Shown here in pieces: positions 13,850 to 28,367 of a DNA stretch of 64,000 nucleotides. Each line of letters opens with the position of its first letter. The stretch's first letter is position 1. Below the pieces are notes generated by a model. That model made no database searches, was not told the origin of the DNA, and saw only the letters and a program-made list of their open reading frames with translations. The translations under genes were made by a program, and so were the position numbers. Origin of the DNA: Octopus sinensis (lineage: Eukaryota). The DNA is taken from assembly GCF_006345805.1 (NCBI RefSeq), contig NC_043019.1, forward strand, positions 22,567,360-22,631,359, in the 5' to 3' direction.

Positions 13850-14810
13850 TTTTTGGTGTGTTGGCACCTTTTCTGACCCCCATACACCTTTCTCAGACAG
13901 GCATAGAAGGCCTTCACATTGTGAGAATTAGCAAGGTCCTAAATTTTTATTTGCCTTCTGGATCCCACCTCCAGTTTTTCAACTGCTCCAAGGGACTTGC
14001 ATCTTTGAGTCAAGTGGTTACTTCCTATGTACTTCAACCATTTAGAGCAGCTTGATGTGCATTCATCTTTTAGTTAACAGCTGTTCTATCTTTATATCAG
14101 AATTACGGAGATGTACTTGCATGGCAAGTGATTTGATCTGAGATCGTGTGCTGAAACGAAAACAATTGCAGTATGGAAGGTGTTTGTAAGCCATTTAAGA
14201 AACAACAGCTTTTGTGTTTCTTAAATGGCTTACAAACACCTTCCACGCTGCAATTGTTACCTTTATATCTGTTTCCTCAAACCAGCCGGCATACTTGTAT
14301 TTGGAGAAGCCAACATTGATAGTGGCTGCCCTGCAGATTGTTGCACAAAACTGCATCTAACAAGCATCATCATTGGTGCAGTGTCTCATAATATTTTTAG
14401 TTACCTGTCCTATTCACTACAAACGGGTGTTGCACTTCAGAATTCTTTAGTTGGCAGACATCCAGTTTATTGCTGCAATTCTTTCAACTTTCTGTACTTA
14501 ACTTCTACAGGCAAATTGCTGGTGGTTTGTAGCAACATGTGATCAGTGTAGTAGGTAGTCAGTTCCACTTCCTGATTCACTTACAGCTTGTATCTGCAGT
14601 GTTGTCCCTGTGGGGAAGTACACAGACTAACAAATGTCATTGCTTCAGCCATGGATGACACCAGCTATGAAACAATTGTTCAGGAAGCTGGACAAATATG
14701 TTTATCATGGCCATATTAGGTGCGTAGTTCAAGAAGGGATAGTCCATTTGATCATCAGGTTATCTTTTCTGAAATGACTTAAAGTGTAGTTCCATGTTAA
14801 GCAACTCAAA
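13850..14810 (-). mobile_element. Degenerate RTE-clade LINE ORF (endonuclease C-terminus and linker)
   Basis: Minus-strand fragments NGLSLLEL, QLPEQLFHSWCHPWLKQ*HLL, TDHMLL and DLANSHNVKAFYACLRKVYG match RTE motifs; stops and frameshifts present. Confidence 0.7.
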
Positions 14811-17800
14811 CTTATTGCTCATAACCATACTGGTTTCAAATTTTGGCACAAGGCCAGCAACTTAGAGGGAAGAGGTTAGTCAACGACATTGACCCCAGTG
14901 CTCAGCTGGTACTTATGTTATTGACCTTTGAAAGGATAAAAGGCAAAGTCGACCTTAGAAGGATTTGAAATCACAACATAAAGATGGACTAAATGCTGCT
15001 AAGCATTTTGCTTGCCCCATTAATGATCCAACCAGCCCAGCACCTTACAGTACGTTTAAATATTGATTTCAAATTTTGGCACAAGGCCAGCAATTTCAGA
15101 GGAGGGATAAGTTGATTACATTGGCCCTGGTACTCAACTGGTCCTTATTTTATTGACTCCTGAAAGGAAGAAAGGCAAAGTCGACCGTGGCAGAATTTTA
15201 GGCATGGCTGTGTGGTAAGCTTGCTTCCCAACCACATGGTTCCAGGTTCAGTCCCACTCCATAGCACCTTGGGCAAGTGTCTTCTACTATAGTCTCAGAC
15301 TGACCAAAGCATTGTGAGTGGATTTGGTAGATGGAAACTGAAAGAAACCCGCTGTGTGTATGTGTGTGTGTGTCATCGTTTAGCGTCCGCATTCCATGCT
15401 GGCATGGGTTGGACGGTTCAACTGGGGTCTGGGAAGCCAGAAGGCTTCACCAGGCCCAGTCTAATCTGGCAATGTTTCTACGGCTGGATGCCCTTCCTAA
15501 CGCCAACCACTCCATGAGTGTAGTGGGTGCTTTTTACATGCCAGGCGAGGCTGGCAAACGGCCACGATCGGATGGTGCTTTTTACGTGCTACTGGCACGG
15601 AGGCCAGGTGAGGCTGGCAATGGCCACGATCGGATGGTGCTTTTTACATGCCACCGGCACGGAGGCCAGTCGGGGCGGTGCTGGCAACGGCCACATTCGG
15701 ATGGTTCTCTTATATGGCACTGGTGTACGTGTGTGTGTATATATAATGTATATGTTTGTGTGTTTGTCTCCTTTCCCCGTCATCACTTGACAACTGATGT
15801 TGAAAAGCCAACATGGATAGTGGCTACCCTGCAGATTGTTGCACAAAACTGCATCTAACAAGCATCATCAGTTGGTGCAGTGTCTCGTAATATTTTTAGT
15901 TACCTGTCCTATTCACTACAAACGGGTATTGCACATTGGAGCCAATGTAATCAACACATCCCCTCCCCTTGTGGCAAAATTTGAAACCATTATTATTATT
16001 ATTATTATTCAGAACCATTAACTCACCAGACTAAATGCTTAGTGGTATGCTGCCTGTCACTACACTCTGAGTTCAAATTCCACCAAGGTTGACTTTACTT
16101 TTCATCCTTTCGGGGTCAATAAAATAAGTACCAGTTGAACACTGGTGGGGTCGATGTAATTGACTCATCCCGTCCCCCAAAAAGCTGCCCTTGTGGCAAA
16201 ATTTGAAACCATTATTATTATTATCAAGGGAGCAAGCCGACAGAATTGTTGGTAGACCAGACAAAACTCTGTGTGTGTGTGTGTGGATGCCTCTTCATTT
16301 TGACATCATATGACTGTTGTGAGCTTGTAAGAAAGTCATCAAGCAGACTCCAGATGATGCTGAACTAATAATTCCTTCTAGACAAACCATCAACATCTGG
16401 AGATGTTTTGATAAACAACAAATCTTCACTTGTTAAAAATTAATATACTGCAAAAATTAACAACAAAAATAAATGTCTAATGATTCAAAAAGATAATTGT
16501 GCTTTAATTAGATATTTTTAATTAGTTAATTAGTGGAAGCTGTGTGTGTGTGTGTGTGTGTGGTAGTTAGTAAAGAGAAAAATGTCTTTTGGTATTTTGA
16601 TACAAGTCTATTACAATACCACTACAACCACCACCTCTACCATGACCACGATTACCACAAACACCAACACCATCATCATCATCATCACTATATGCAGCAC
16701 TGTTACCACCATCACTACCATCACCAGAACATACAACTACCATCAGTGCACCATCATGACCTCCGGCACCATCACCACTCTCATCACATTACCACCACCA
16801 CCACCAACAACAACAACTATTGTCACCAATATAGTTCTTTATTGCCCACAAACAAGGAGAGACAAAGGAATTAAGTAGATTACATCAACCCCAGTACGCA
16901 ACTGGTACTTATTTAATCGAACCCGAAAGGATGAAAGGTAAAGTCGACCTCGGCGGAATTTGAACTCAGAATGTAAAGACAGACGAAATACCGCTAAGCA
17001 TTTCACCCGGCGTGCTAACGTTTCTACCAGCTTGCCGCCTTTTGTTACCTTCTGTTACCTTTTGTCACTATTGTCACCAATAGCAACACCAATACCACTA
17101 AAGCTACACAGCCACTCACATCACTGTTACATCATCATGACATCACTATCTATCATCACCTGTCACCATCACTATCTATCATCACCTGTCACCATCACTA
17201 TCTATCATCACCTGTCACCATCACCACAACCACTGCTGCCACCACCATCGCTACATTGCTGCCAGCACCTCCACCACCACTACCCTCTTTATGATCCTTA
17301 CAGTGATCACCCCACCAGACCATTATGACATCACCCACCCACTTACCCATAACTAAACACCCTCTGCCCCACCACTTCTCCTTGTCCTTTCTCTGTCAGT
17401 CTGGTGACAATATTACAAAAGCCCAACCCCACCCCCGCTTGACAACTGTTGTTGGTGTGTTTACATCCCCCATAACTTAGCAGTTCAGCAAAAAGAGACC
17501 AATATAATAAGTACCAGGCTTTAAATTAAAAAAAAAAAATCAGTACTGGGGTCGATGTGTTCTGAGTTCAATTTCTGCCAAGATTGACTTTGCCATTCAT
17601 CCTTTCGGGTCAGCGAAATAGGTACCAGTTGAACACCGAGGTCAATGTAATTGACTTATCCCCATCCACCGAAATTGCTGGCCTTGTGTCAAAATTTGAA
17701 ATCAATATTACAAAAGACCCCCTCACCACCTCCTCACCGTCCAGCCTCACATGAAGAGACAATAGATAGAATGATTTACTGGCAAGTCAGTATAATAGCA

Positions 17801-18450
17801 TTAGCTGGAAAAGACCTGATAACATTCTCATAAACTATCTTATGCGATACAGCATGGATATCACCTGGACATGGATATCTCTTCTTATATTTGATATCCC
17901 TTTACAACCAATCTTAAGAGTATATATAATATATATCACTTCCAACGCTCCTCCCTTAAATAATACTACCATTACCATAAGTATCTCTAACAGGAATATC
18001 TCCACCAACTTATCTCTGCTACCACCACTACCACCATAAGTATTTCTGATAGCAATGCCTCCACCGACTTATCTCTGCCATCACCACCACCATCACTCCC
18101 ACCACCATAATTATCTCTAATAGCAATGCCTCCACTAACTTATATCCTCACCATCACCACTACCACCACCACCACCATCATCACCACCTACACTATCGCC
18201 ACCACCACCTCTGTTACAGAGTGGATTATATCACTGAATTGTTTTCCCTGATTTATTTGACACACAATACTTGATACAGCAATAGAATGAGGTGGGGGAC
18301 ACAGAATCGGTGGTGGTGGTCATGGCGGTAGGAATGATTATAGGGATGATGAAGCAGTGATGATGATGATGCCTATGGTAATGATAGTACATGATGATTA
18401 TGTTGATAATGATGATGATGATGATAATAATGGTGACAATAGTGAATTCT

Positions 18451-18768
18451 CCAGACCGGGCGTTGTGAGTGTTTATTGAGCGAAAACACCTAAAAGCTCC
18501 ACGAGGCTCCGGCAGGGGATGGTGGTGATCCCTGCTGTACTCTTTCACCACAACTTTCTCTCACTCTTACTTCCTGTTTCTGTTGTACCTGTATTTCAAA
18601 GGGCCGGCCTTGTCACTCTCTGTGTCACGCTGAATATCCCCGAGAACTACGTTAAGGGTACACGTGTCTGTGGAGTGCTCAGCCACTTACACGTTAATTT
18701 CACGAGCAGGCTGTTCCGTTGATCGGATCAACTGGAACCCTCGTCGTCATAACCGACGGAGTGCTTCC
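18451..18768 (+). mobile_element. 5'-truncated tRNA-derived SINE (family D)
   Basis: Nearly identical to 56028-56350; 12-bp TSD ATAGTGAATTCT at 18439-18450/18769-18780. Confidence 0.88.
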
Positions 18769-18835
18769 ATAGTGAATTCTATATTTGCCCCCCAGGGTAA
18801 ACTAAAATCAACATAAGTTCTGTTAATAGGATTAG

Positions 18836-18866
<31 letters not shown>

Positions 18867-20628
18867 TTTTAATGTTCACTTTTCCATAGTTTGCATGGGC
18901 CAGGTAGAATTTGTTGGGACAGATTTTTCTATAGCAGATGTTGATGGTTTGTCTAGAAGGAATTATTAGTCCAGTATCATCTGGAGTCTGCTTGATGACT
19001 TTCTTACAAGCTCACAACAGTCATGTGATGTCAAAATGAAGAGGCACGCACGCACACACACACACCTACATACACACAATTTTGTCTGGTATACCAACGA
19101 TTCTGTCAGCTTGCTCCCTTGATAATAATAATAATGGTTTCAAATTTTGCCACAAGGGCAGCAATTTTGGCGGGAGGGGATGAGTCAATTACATTGATCC
19201 GCAGTGTTCAGCTGGTACTTATTTTATTGACTCCGAAAGGATGAAAGGTAAAGTCAACCTTGGTGGAATTTGAACTCAGAATGTAGTGACAGGCAACATA
19301 CCACTAAGCATTTAGTCTGGTGAGTTAATGGTTCTAAATAATAATAATAATAATGATGATAATAATAATAAGCTATGACAGGCTTCTTTCAGTTTCCATC
19401 AGCCAAATCCCCTCACAAACTGAAAGAAGCCTGTCATAGATGTATGTGTCTTTGTGTCTGTGTTTGTCCTCCACCACTACTTGACAACTAGTGTTGGTTT
19501 GTTTATGTCCCTGTATCTTTTACTGAACCACTACGTTATGGGGATGTAAACACACCAAGGCTATATAGTAGAAAACAACTGCCCAAGGTGTCATGTAGCA
19601 GTTTTGAACCTGGAACCATTTGGTTGGCTGGCAAGCTTCTTACCGCACAGCCATGCCTGAACCTAGAGTCAGTTTTGACATTTATTCTAGGGAGTCTGAT
19701 TCTGTAGACTGTGTTCCCTCTCCCCACTCTTCCAAAAATCTGATTCTGTTGACAGGCCCTAACCCCCACTTTAAAAATCAGCTCAATTCTGTTGCGCCTT
19801 CTCTCCCCCACGTTTTAAAAATAAGTTCCATCGTTACATAATTAATAAACTAATGATGACATAAGCCAATGAAGGAGCTTTTGCGTGGTTGATAGACCTG
19901 CTTGAAATACCAGCCAAATTTCCTTCCTATCAGTCACTATTGTCTTCAGAAAGGAAGAATACATTGGATAATGTAATCCTAGATACACTGTGTCTAGGGG
20001 AGGAAAAAATGGGATGGTTATGGTTGGAATGCCTATGATCATAAGTCTACAGAACTGGGACTGACCTGGGGCTAAACAACTGCAGCAATATTTATGATGA
20101 TGATAGCAGTAATTGTTATGGATTGGATGATGGAAGAGTAAGTCTATATGTGTGAGGTGATAACTGTTGCGAAAGTGGTGGTGGTCATGATGAGGAAAAT
20201 GGAGATGGTGGTGTGTTGATTGTGTCTTAATAGTGATAAGGGGTGGTTAATCGATGGTGTTGTGAAGGCGCATGGCTCAGTGGTTAGAGTATCGAGCTTA
20301 CGATCGTGAGGTTGTGAGTTCGATTCCTGGACCAGGCTGCGTGTTGTGTTCTTGAGCAAGACACTTTATTTCACGTTGCTCCAGTTCACTCAGCTGTAGA
20401 AATTAGTTGCGACATCACTGGTGCCAAGCTGTATCAGCATTTGCCTTTCCCTTGGATAACATCAGTGATGTGGAGAGGGGAGGTTGGTATGCATGGGCGA
20501 CTGCTGGCCTTCCATAAACAACCTTGCCTGGACTTTTACCTTAGAGGGTAATTTTCAAGGTGCATTCGCATGGTCATTCATGACCGAAGGGGGGCTCCCA
20601 GTCGATGGTGTTAGAAACAAGCGGTGAA

Positions 20629-21380
20629 TATGGTGAAGATGATAATGACAACGATAATGAGGAAAAGATGTTGATGAAAATGAGGTGATGGCAATTTGAA
20701 TGACAGTGACGGTGATGACAAAGGTGATTATGGTGACAAGTGATGACATTGACAATGATGATTATGATGATGAAGGTGACATTGGTGATAACATTGATGA
20801 CAAAGATGATGATGATTATGCTGACGGAAATAGGGGATGGTTAATTGCCTGAGTTAGAAATGAGTGATGAATATGAAGAAGACAATGACATCAACAACAG
20901 TAATGATGATGACAACAATAATGATGATAATGATGTTGATGAAAATGAGTTTGATGATGATGTGATGGTGTTGGTGATAATGTTAATGATAGTGATAATG
21001 ATGATGACAAAGGTGATTATGATGACAACAATAACATTGATGATGATGGTTATGATGATGAAGGTGACAGATGATGACAAGGATGATGGTGGTGATTATG
21101 ACAATGGTAATAGTGGATGGTTAAATGATGGTGTTAGAAATAAGTGATGAAAACGAAGTTGATGACAATATGATGGTGTTGGTGATGACAATGTTGATGA
21201 CGATGACAGGTGATTATTATGATGACAATGACAATGATGGTTATGATGATGATGATAATGATGGTGGTGGTAATAATTACAACAATGGCAATAGTGGGTG
21301 GTTGATAGCTGGTGCTAGAAACCAATGATGACAGTGTTAATAAAGATGACGATGATGCTGATGACAATGCTAACGAGGAG
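20629..21380. repeat. GAT-rich low-complexity block organised as about 3 higher-order units of 190-280 bp
   Basis: Recurring anchors GTTAGAAA, GATGAAAATGAG, AGGTGATTAT and AATAGTGGATGGTT in the same order. Confidence 0.7.
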
Positions 21381-23432
21381 CCGATGACGACGGCAGGACA
21401 ATGTTATAACTCAAACAGTGAGACTGTCAGTGTGAACTAGCTGAGAAATTCATTTTAGCTTTAATGTTCGTGACTGAAAGTTGATATCCACATAAATGGT
21501 TATAGACACCATTTACGATGGTGGGTGATGTGGTTTGGGCAGGGTAGATGATGGGGGACGACAGAACCACTGTTGTTGTTGTTGTTCATGTGACTGAGAA
21601 ACAAACTGTACAGTGGTTTATTATATGGGGCTATATAGCATGGTAGTCTCAGCATGGTGGCGGTAGTGGTAATGTTAGTACTGTAGTTGTTGCGATGAGT
21701 GTTGGTGCTGTTGATGTTAGTGTTGTTGTTGGAGATGGCAGTGATTGCAGCGATGGTATTGTACTTGTCGAAGGCGGTGAGCTGGCAGAATTGTTAGTGC
21801 ACTAGATGAAATGCTTAGCGGTATTTCGTCTGCTGCTACGTTGTGAGTTCAAATTCCGCCAAGGTCGACTTTGCATTTCATCCTTTCAGGTTTGATTAAA
21901 TAAGTACCAGTTACACACTGGAATTGATATAATCGACTTAATCCCTTTGTCTGTCCTTGTTTGTCCTCTCTGTGTTTAGCCCCTTGTGGGTAGGAAAGAA
22001 ATAGATATTGTATTTCTTCAGAATAGTGGTGATGTTGTTGATGGTGGTGTTAGTATTGTTGTTTTTGTTGGTGTTGGTATCTTTGTGATTAAGGATTACC
22101 TTATCTTTTATCTTTTACTTGTTTCACTCGTTAGACTGTGGCCACGCTGGAGCACCACATTGAAGAATTTTTAGTCAAATGAATCAACCACAGAACTTAT
22201 TTATTTTTTAAATCCTGGTTATTATTTTATTGATTTCTTTTGCCAAACCACTAAGTTACAGGGATGTAAACACACCAACATTAGTTATCAAGTGGTGGCA
22301 GGGGATAAACACACACACACACACATGACAGGATTCTTTCAGTTTCCATCTACCAAATCCCCTCACAAAGCTTTGATTGGCTCACGGTTAAAGTGGAAGA
22401 CACTTGCCCAAGATGCCATGCAGTGGGACTGAACCTGGAATCATGTGGTTGGGAAGCAAGCTTCTTACCACACAGCCATGTATTGGTTTATTATATAGAT
22501 TGTGGTATGGGTGTCAAGACAGAGTGGTGACATTGATGGTAGTGGTGATAGTGTTATGTTAGTAGTTATGGTGATGATGATGATAGTGGTATTGGAGCCA
22601 ACACTGCTGGTGGTGACTCTGGTATTACACAGAAGACAGCAGTGGTAGAGGTACCGGTCTTGAAACTGAGAATGGTTGTGGTGGTGTTAATGCTGTTGTT
22701 GATGATGATGATGAGGATGACTGTGTGTTATTAATGGCAGTACAGTGATAGTGTTGGTTTTTGTTGTTGTTTAGCTTCAGACAAAGAACTGCAATGTTTA
22801 ATGATAGTGTTGGAGAAAAACCTGCCTCACACCACCACCACCTGCAAGAAGGGTGAATTATAATGGTGATGGTCATGAGGAAGGCTGGGAGCCATGATAT
22901 GTCTATACGAGAGTGTTTCATCATATGACAATGGGCAATTTTGGAAGTATAATTTTTTTACCACCATAGGTAATATCAGGAAATATTCCTTTCTACTCTA
23001 GGCACAAGGCCCAAAATTTTGGGGGAGGGGGGGCAGTCAATTAGATTAACCCCAGTATGCAACTGATACTTAATTTATTGACTCCAAAAGGATGAAAGGC
23101 AAAGTTGACCTCAGCAGAATTTAATATCAGGAAATATTGCAATACATACTATAATTATGATTTAACCTTTACCAAATTTCTTGGTGCTTATTCAAAATGG
23201 TAAAATGAATACTCTTTTACTTAATTCAGTCATTTGACTGTGGCCATGCTGGAGCACCGCCTTTAGTCGAGCAAATCGACCCCAGGACTTATTCTTTGTA
23301 AGTCTAGTACTTATTCAATTGGTCTCTTTTGCTGAACCGTACGGGGACGTAAACACACCAGCATCGGTTGTCAAAGGATGGGTGGGGGGGGGGCAAACAC
23401 AGACACACAAACATATACACATACACAATATG

Positions 23433-23472
<40 letters not shown>

Positions 23473-24762
23473 TATGACAGGCTTCTTTCAGTTTCTGTCT
23501 ACCAAATCCATTCACAAGGCTTTGGTCGGCCCAAGCCTATAGTAGAAGACACTTGCCCAAGGTGCCATGCAGTGGGACTGATCACGGAACCATTTGGTTG
23601 GTAAGCAAGCTACTTACCACAGCCACTCCTACGCCTATAATACTAATTTTCAAAAGAAGAAACGTGCAGTATCAGACATTCCAAGTTGATTATTCAGAAT
23701 TATTTTAAACATAGTTGTAATCATGGAGTGAAGGTGCAATGGCTTAGTGGTTAGGGTATTTGATTAGCAGTTTTAAACTTGCGAGTTCAATTCCTGGCAG
23801 TGTGTTGTGTCCTTGAGCAAGACACTTTATTTCACATCGCTCCAGTCTACTCAGCTGGCAAAAATGAGTTGTACCTGTAATTCAAAGGACCAGCCTTGTC
23901 ACACTGAATCCCACGTTAAGGGTACGCATGTCTATGGAGTGCTCAGCCATTAATTTCATGAGTAGGCTGTTTTGTTGATCAGGTCAACCGGAATCTTTGT
24001 TGTCATAACTGATGGAGTGCCCAGTTTTTAGATGCCATCATCATTTAATGTCATGTTTCATACTGGCATTGGTTGAACCATTTAACGAGATCTGATGGGT
24101 TCAAGAACTCCATTGTGCACCAATGTCTGATTCAGCACAGTTTTTCCAGCTGGATGCCAACCACTTTACTACAGTGTGTACTGCATGCTTTTTCTTATTT
24201 CTTTATTGCCCACAAGGGGCTAAACATAGAGGGGACAAACAAGGATAGACAAAGGAATTAAGTTGATTACATCAATCCTAGTGCGTAACTAGTACTTAAT
24301 TTATCGACCCCGAAAGGATGAAAGGCAAAGTCGACCTCTGAGCGTAATGACAGATGATATATGGCTAAGCATTTCACCCGGTGTGCTAAACTTTCTGCCA
24401 GCTCGCCGCCTTTTTCAATGCCACCAGCATAGAAACTGCATGCTTTTTCTATGCTGCCAGCACTAATGAGATTGCTATGTTGCTTACCAATCACTTTACA
24501 GTTGCTTGCATAGCTTGATATGTCACTCGACCTGTCAAATCTTTTCAGCTTTCTGATTCTCACGCCACCACTTGCCTATTTACTATACTGTGCCACCCCC
24601 CCACACCACCCTGCAATGGGAAATGGCACTTGATCTATCCATATTCAATCCACCCTGATAGTCACTCTACAGTGCTTTTTTCATGCTAATGAGGTTGCCA
24701 TGTAGCTTGCATGACTACAACCCTGAAAGGAAAGCTTTAAACTAAGAGATGCAAGTTTGGAC

Positions 24763-25746
24763 AAGTGGTTCTAAACTATTTTTACCTATGGATTCCTTTG
24801 ATTACTATTTTATTCTATTTTATAGGCAGCGAGCTGGCAGAAACGTTAGCATGCCAGGCGAAATGCGTAGCTGTGTTTCATCTGTCGTTACGTTCTGAGT
24901 TCAAGTTCCGCCGAGGTCGACTTTGCCTTTCATCCTTTCGGGGTCGATAAATACAGTACCAGTTTCCAACTGGGGTCGATGTAATCGACTTAATCCCTTT
25001 GTCTGTCCTTGTTTGTCCCCTCTATGTTTAGCCCCTTGTGGGCAGCAAAGAAATATATTTTATTCTGGTGGACCCCACTCCATAGCCGTTCAATGTTTAA
25101 AAACTTGTTTTATAGAAAATTCTTTCAAAATTCCTATTTTGTTTTTCACACATTTACTTGTGTAAGTTGAACTACACAGGAGTGGCTGTGTGGTAAGTAG
25201 CTTGCTTACCAACCACATGGTTCCGGGTTCAGTTCTACTGCGTGGCACCTTGGGCAAGTGTCTTCTACTATATAGCCTCGGGCTGACCAAAGCCTTGTGA
25301 GTGGATTTGGTAGACGGAAACTGAAAGAAACCCGTCGTATATATGTATATATATATATATATATGCGTGTTTGTGTGTCTGTGTGTGTCCCCTAGCATTG
25401 CTTGACAACCGATGCTGGTGTTTATGTCCCCGTCACTTAGCGGTTCGGCAAAATAGACCAATAGAATGAGTACTGGGTTTACAAAGAATAAGTCCCGGGG
25501 TCGAGTTGCTTGATTAAAGGCGGTGCTCCAGCATGGCCACAGTCAAATGACTGAAACAAGTAAAAGAGTAAGAGTATGTAAAATGTTAGAGAAAGAAATT
25601 TAGCTGTTTCTTGCAATACATACCAATACATGAAGCTGAAGCAAATTTTTTTTCAGGGGGCCCTTAAAATGCTATTGTGGATTCCCCATTTATTTTGTTG
25701 CACAGACCCCACAAAATGTTATATGGACCCTGGTTGAGAACCACTG
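24763..25746. mobile_element. hAT-like MITE containing two nested SINEs (A 24823-25055, B 25176-25575)
   Basis: Termini AGTGGTTCTAAAC...GTTGAGAACCACTG; no clear TSD. Confidence 0.55.
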
Positions 25747-28367
25747 GGTAAGAGTAGGAGAGAAATGGACAAAGCTGTGAAGGAGTTACATCATAGATGG
25801 GAGTGACTGGGTAGATTTGGGGAGAGATAAAAATAATGGGAATGGGGTACCAGAGTGGATGTAAGTAATTACTTTAAATCCATTTTCCATACCAGCATGG
25901 TTGGGGTGAGTTGTCCTCACAATCTGTGTTTATTCTTAATAGGGGTCACTTCCCCACTAGACAGGTTAGTAAAACACTTATATACATTTTTGTATAATTT
26001 CTCCATTATATATAGATATCTGTCACCACTTGACAACCAGTGTTGGTGTGTTTACATCCCTGTAACTTAGTGGTTCAGCAACAAGATGCCAATAGTATAA
26101 GTACCAGACTTAACAAAATTAAGTAGTGGGGTTGATTCATTCAACTAAAAATTCAAGGCGGTGCCCCAGCATGGCCACAGTCTAATGAATGAAACAAGCA
26201 AAAAAATAAAAGAAAAGATATACGTAAATGAAAACAAACAAAACTCTTATGATTATTTTACTTTTATTTATATTTTTATTATCATTTTTTAAAACTAAAT
26301 TATATATATAGTAAAGATTGCATTTCATTTGTCTTTTCTTCCGATTTTTCAAATTCAATATTTTTTTTTTTCCAATATCATTTTTATTTTTTTCAGTTCA
26401 ATTCAGTTTTCAATTCCGGGTTGTTTTTGTTCATTTCATTTCATTTTATTTTATTGTTTGTGTCTTTCTTTCCATTACTGAATCACACAACTGTGGCTCC
26501 CCACCATCTCTCTCTCTCTCTCTATCTGTCTATCCACCTGTCTGTGTGTCTGTCACTTAGTTGCAAGACAGAGATAGACAAACAGACAGAACAAGATGAA
26601 TGGAGTGGTGACATTAAAGGGAAGATAAAGAAAAAAAAAAGAGGGGGTACATATTTACTTACCTACCCCCTCTTTTCTTTCTAACTGAAAATTTTTCAAA
26701 AACAGAAAAAAACTTTAAAAAATACCATTTTAAAAACATGCCCCCCCTCTTTCTCTCTCTTCCTCATCAATTCATCAGCTTGCACCCCCTGTACAAAATT
26801 ATTTTAAAAGTGTAAAACAACAACAATAGAAGATAAAAAATAAATTTTAAAATGTTAAGACACACTTTGTCTACTTAGTAAATAAAACCCTTAATATCTC
26901 AGTCACCTCCAGAAAGATGGTGTACCGGCACCACTCCAAGACTTTTGGTTACATCACTCCTCTCTCTCTCTGCTTTTGACATGCCATTCACCTCCCCCAT
27001 CCCATTTCCTCTTCTTTTTTTCTCTCTCTCTCTCCCACCTCCATCACTGCTCTGTTGCTTTCTTTCTTTCTTTCACTTCTCCTACTCCCCGGCTCTCTTA
27101 ACTTTGCTCCACTCTGTCTCTGCCACAACCAACCAGCACTCCACACATCACTCAACCTTGAGGGGAGAAGACAGAGAAGGTAAATAAATTAACCTCCTCA
27201 TCCAAAAAAATAATACAAAAAACAAAAAAAAAGAAAGAAAAACAGGAATTTGTTACTGTTGAAGAAATTGTTTTGAAGACGGAAGGAGAGGTTGAGGAGT
27301 CAGGAATAGGATTAGCTAATTTCTATATCCCTAAATCCAATATTCATTTTCTCGATCTACCCCCCACCTCCCCTGTCACTGTTTTGAATGAGATGGTGGT
27401 GGTAGGGGAATCTATTGATTCAATTCCTGTCTCAAATACTTTACAGGAATATCAAATGTCCCCCTCCTCTTTCATCTTTTGCAGAAGAGGGGGGAAACAA
27501 GCAAAGTTGACCTTGGCAGGATTTGAACTCAGAACAAAAGGGTCCATAGCTAAATACCACACCAGCATTAGTTGTGGTACACTAACCGGTTCTGCCACCC
27601 ACCATTTATGATGTTCATTTTAAACTTACACTGCACTCAAACTCTCACCCCCCACTTCTCTATCATCTATCTATCCTTTTACTTTCATTTCAACCATCAC
27701 ACTTTCCCTTCCTCCCACCATTACTCTCTCTCTCTCCCTCTCATCACGATACTCTTTTGTTCTGACCACTCAATGGTCAATGCCAATGCCAGTCATTTGA
27801 TACAATCAAGAATCAACCAATCACCCCTCTACCACCACCACCACCACCACTATGTTCTCAATAAACATCACCTATTGGTCTGTGACATCCAGTCTCACCT
27901 CTTCATCACTCTTTTTCAGTCTCCATCACCTCTTTTTCTATCTGGTTTTAACCCTCTCATCCACACCACCATACATATTCAGTAGTCCTACCTATTTCTT
28001 TACTACCCACAAGGTGCTAAACACAGAGAGGACAAACAAGGACAGACAAATGGATTAATTCGATTATATCGACCCCAGTGCATAACTGGTACTTATTTAA
28101 TCGACCCCGAAAGGATGAAAGGTAAAGTTGACCACAGCGGAATTTGAACTCAGAACGTAGCGGCAGACAAAATATCGCTAAGCATTTCGCCCGGCGTGCT
28201 AACGTTTCTGCCAGCTTGCTGCCTCCATATTCAGTAACCCTACCTGTCTGTCTGTCCCCTCTCCCATCACTATCTACTTTATTTATTACCCTACCACTCT
28301 ATATTCATCTATGACCCTCTCAGTCATTGGAGTAATAGCTTATCTTTCTCTAGGCAGATTATATATA

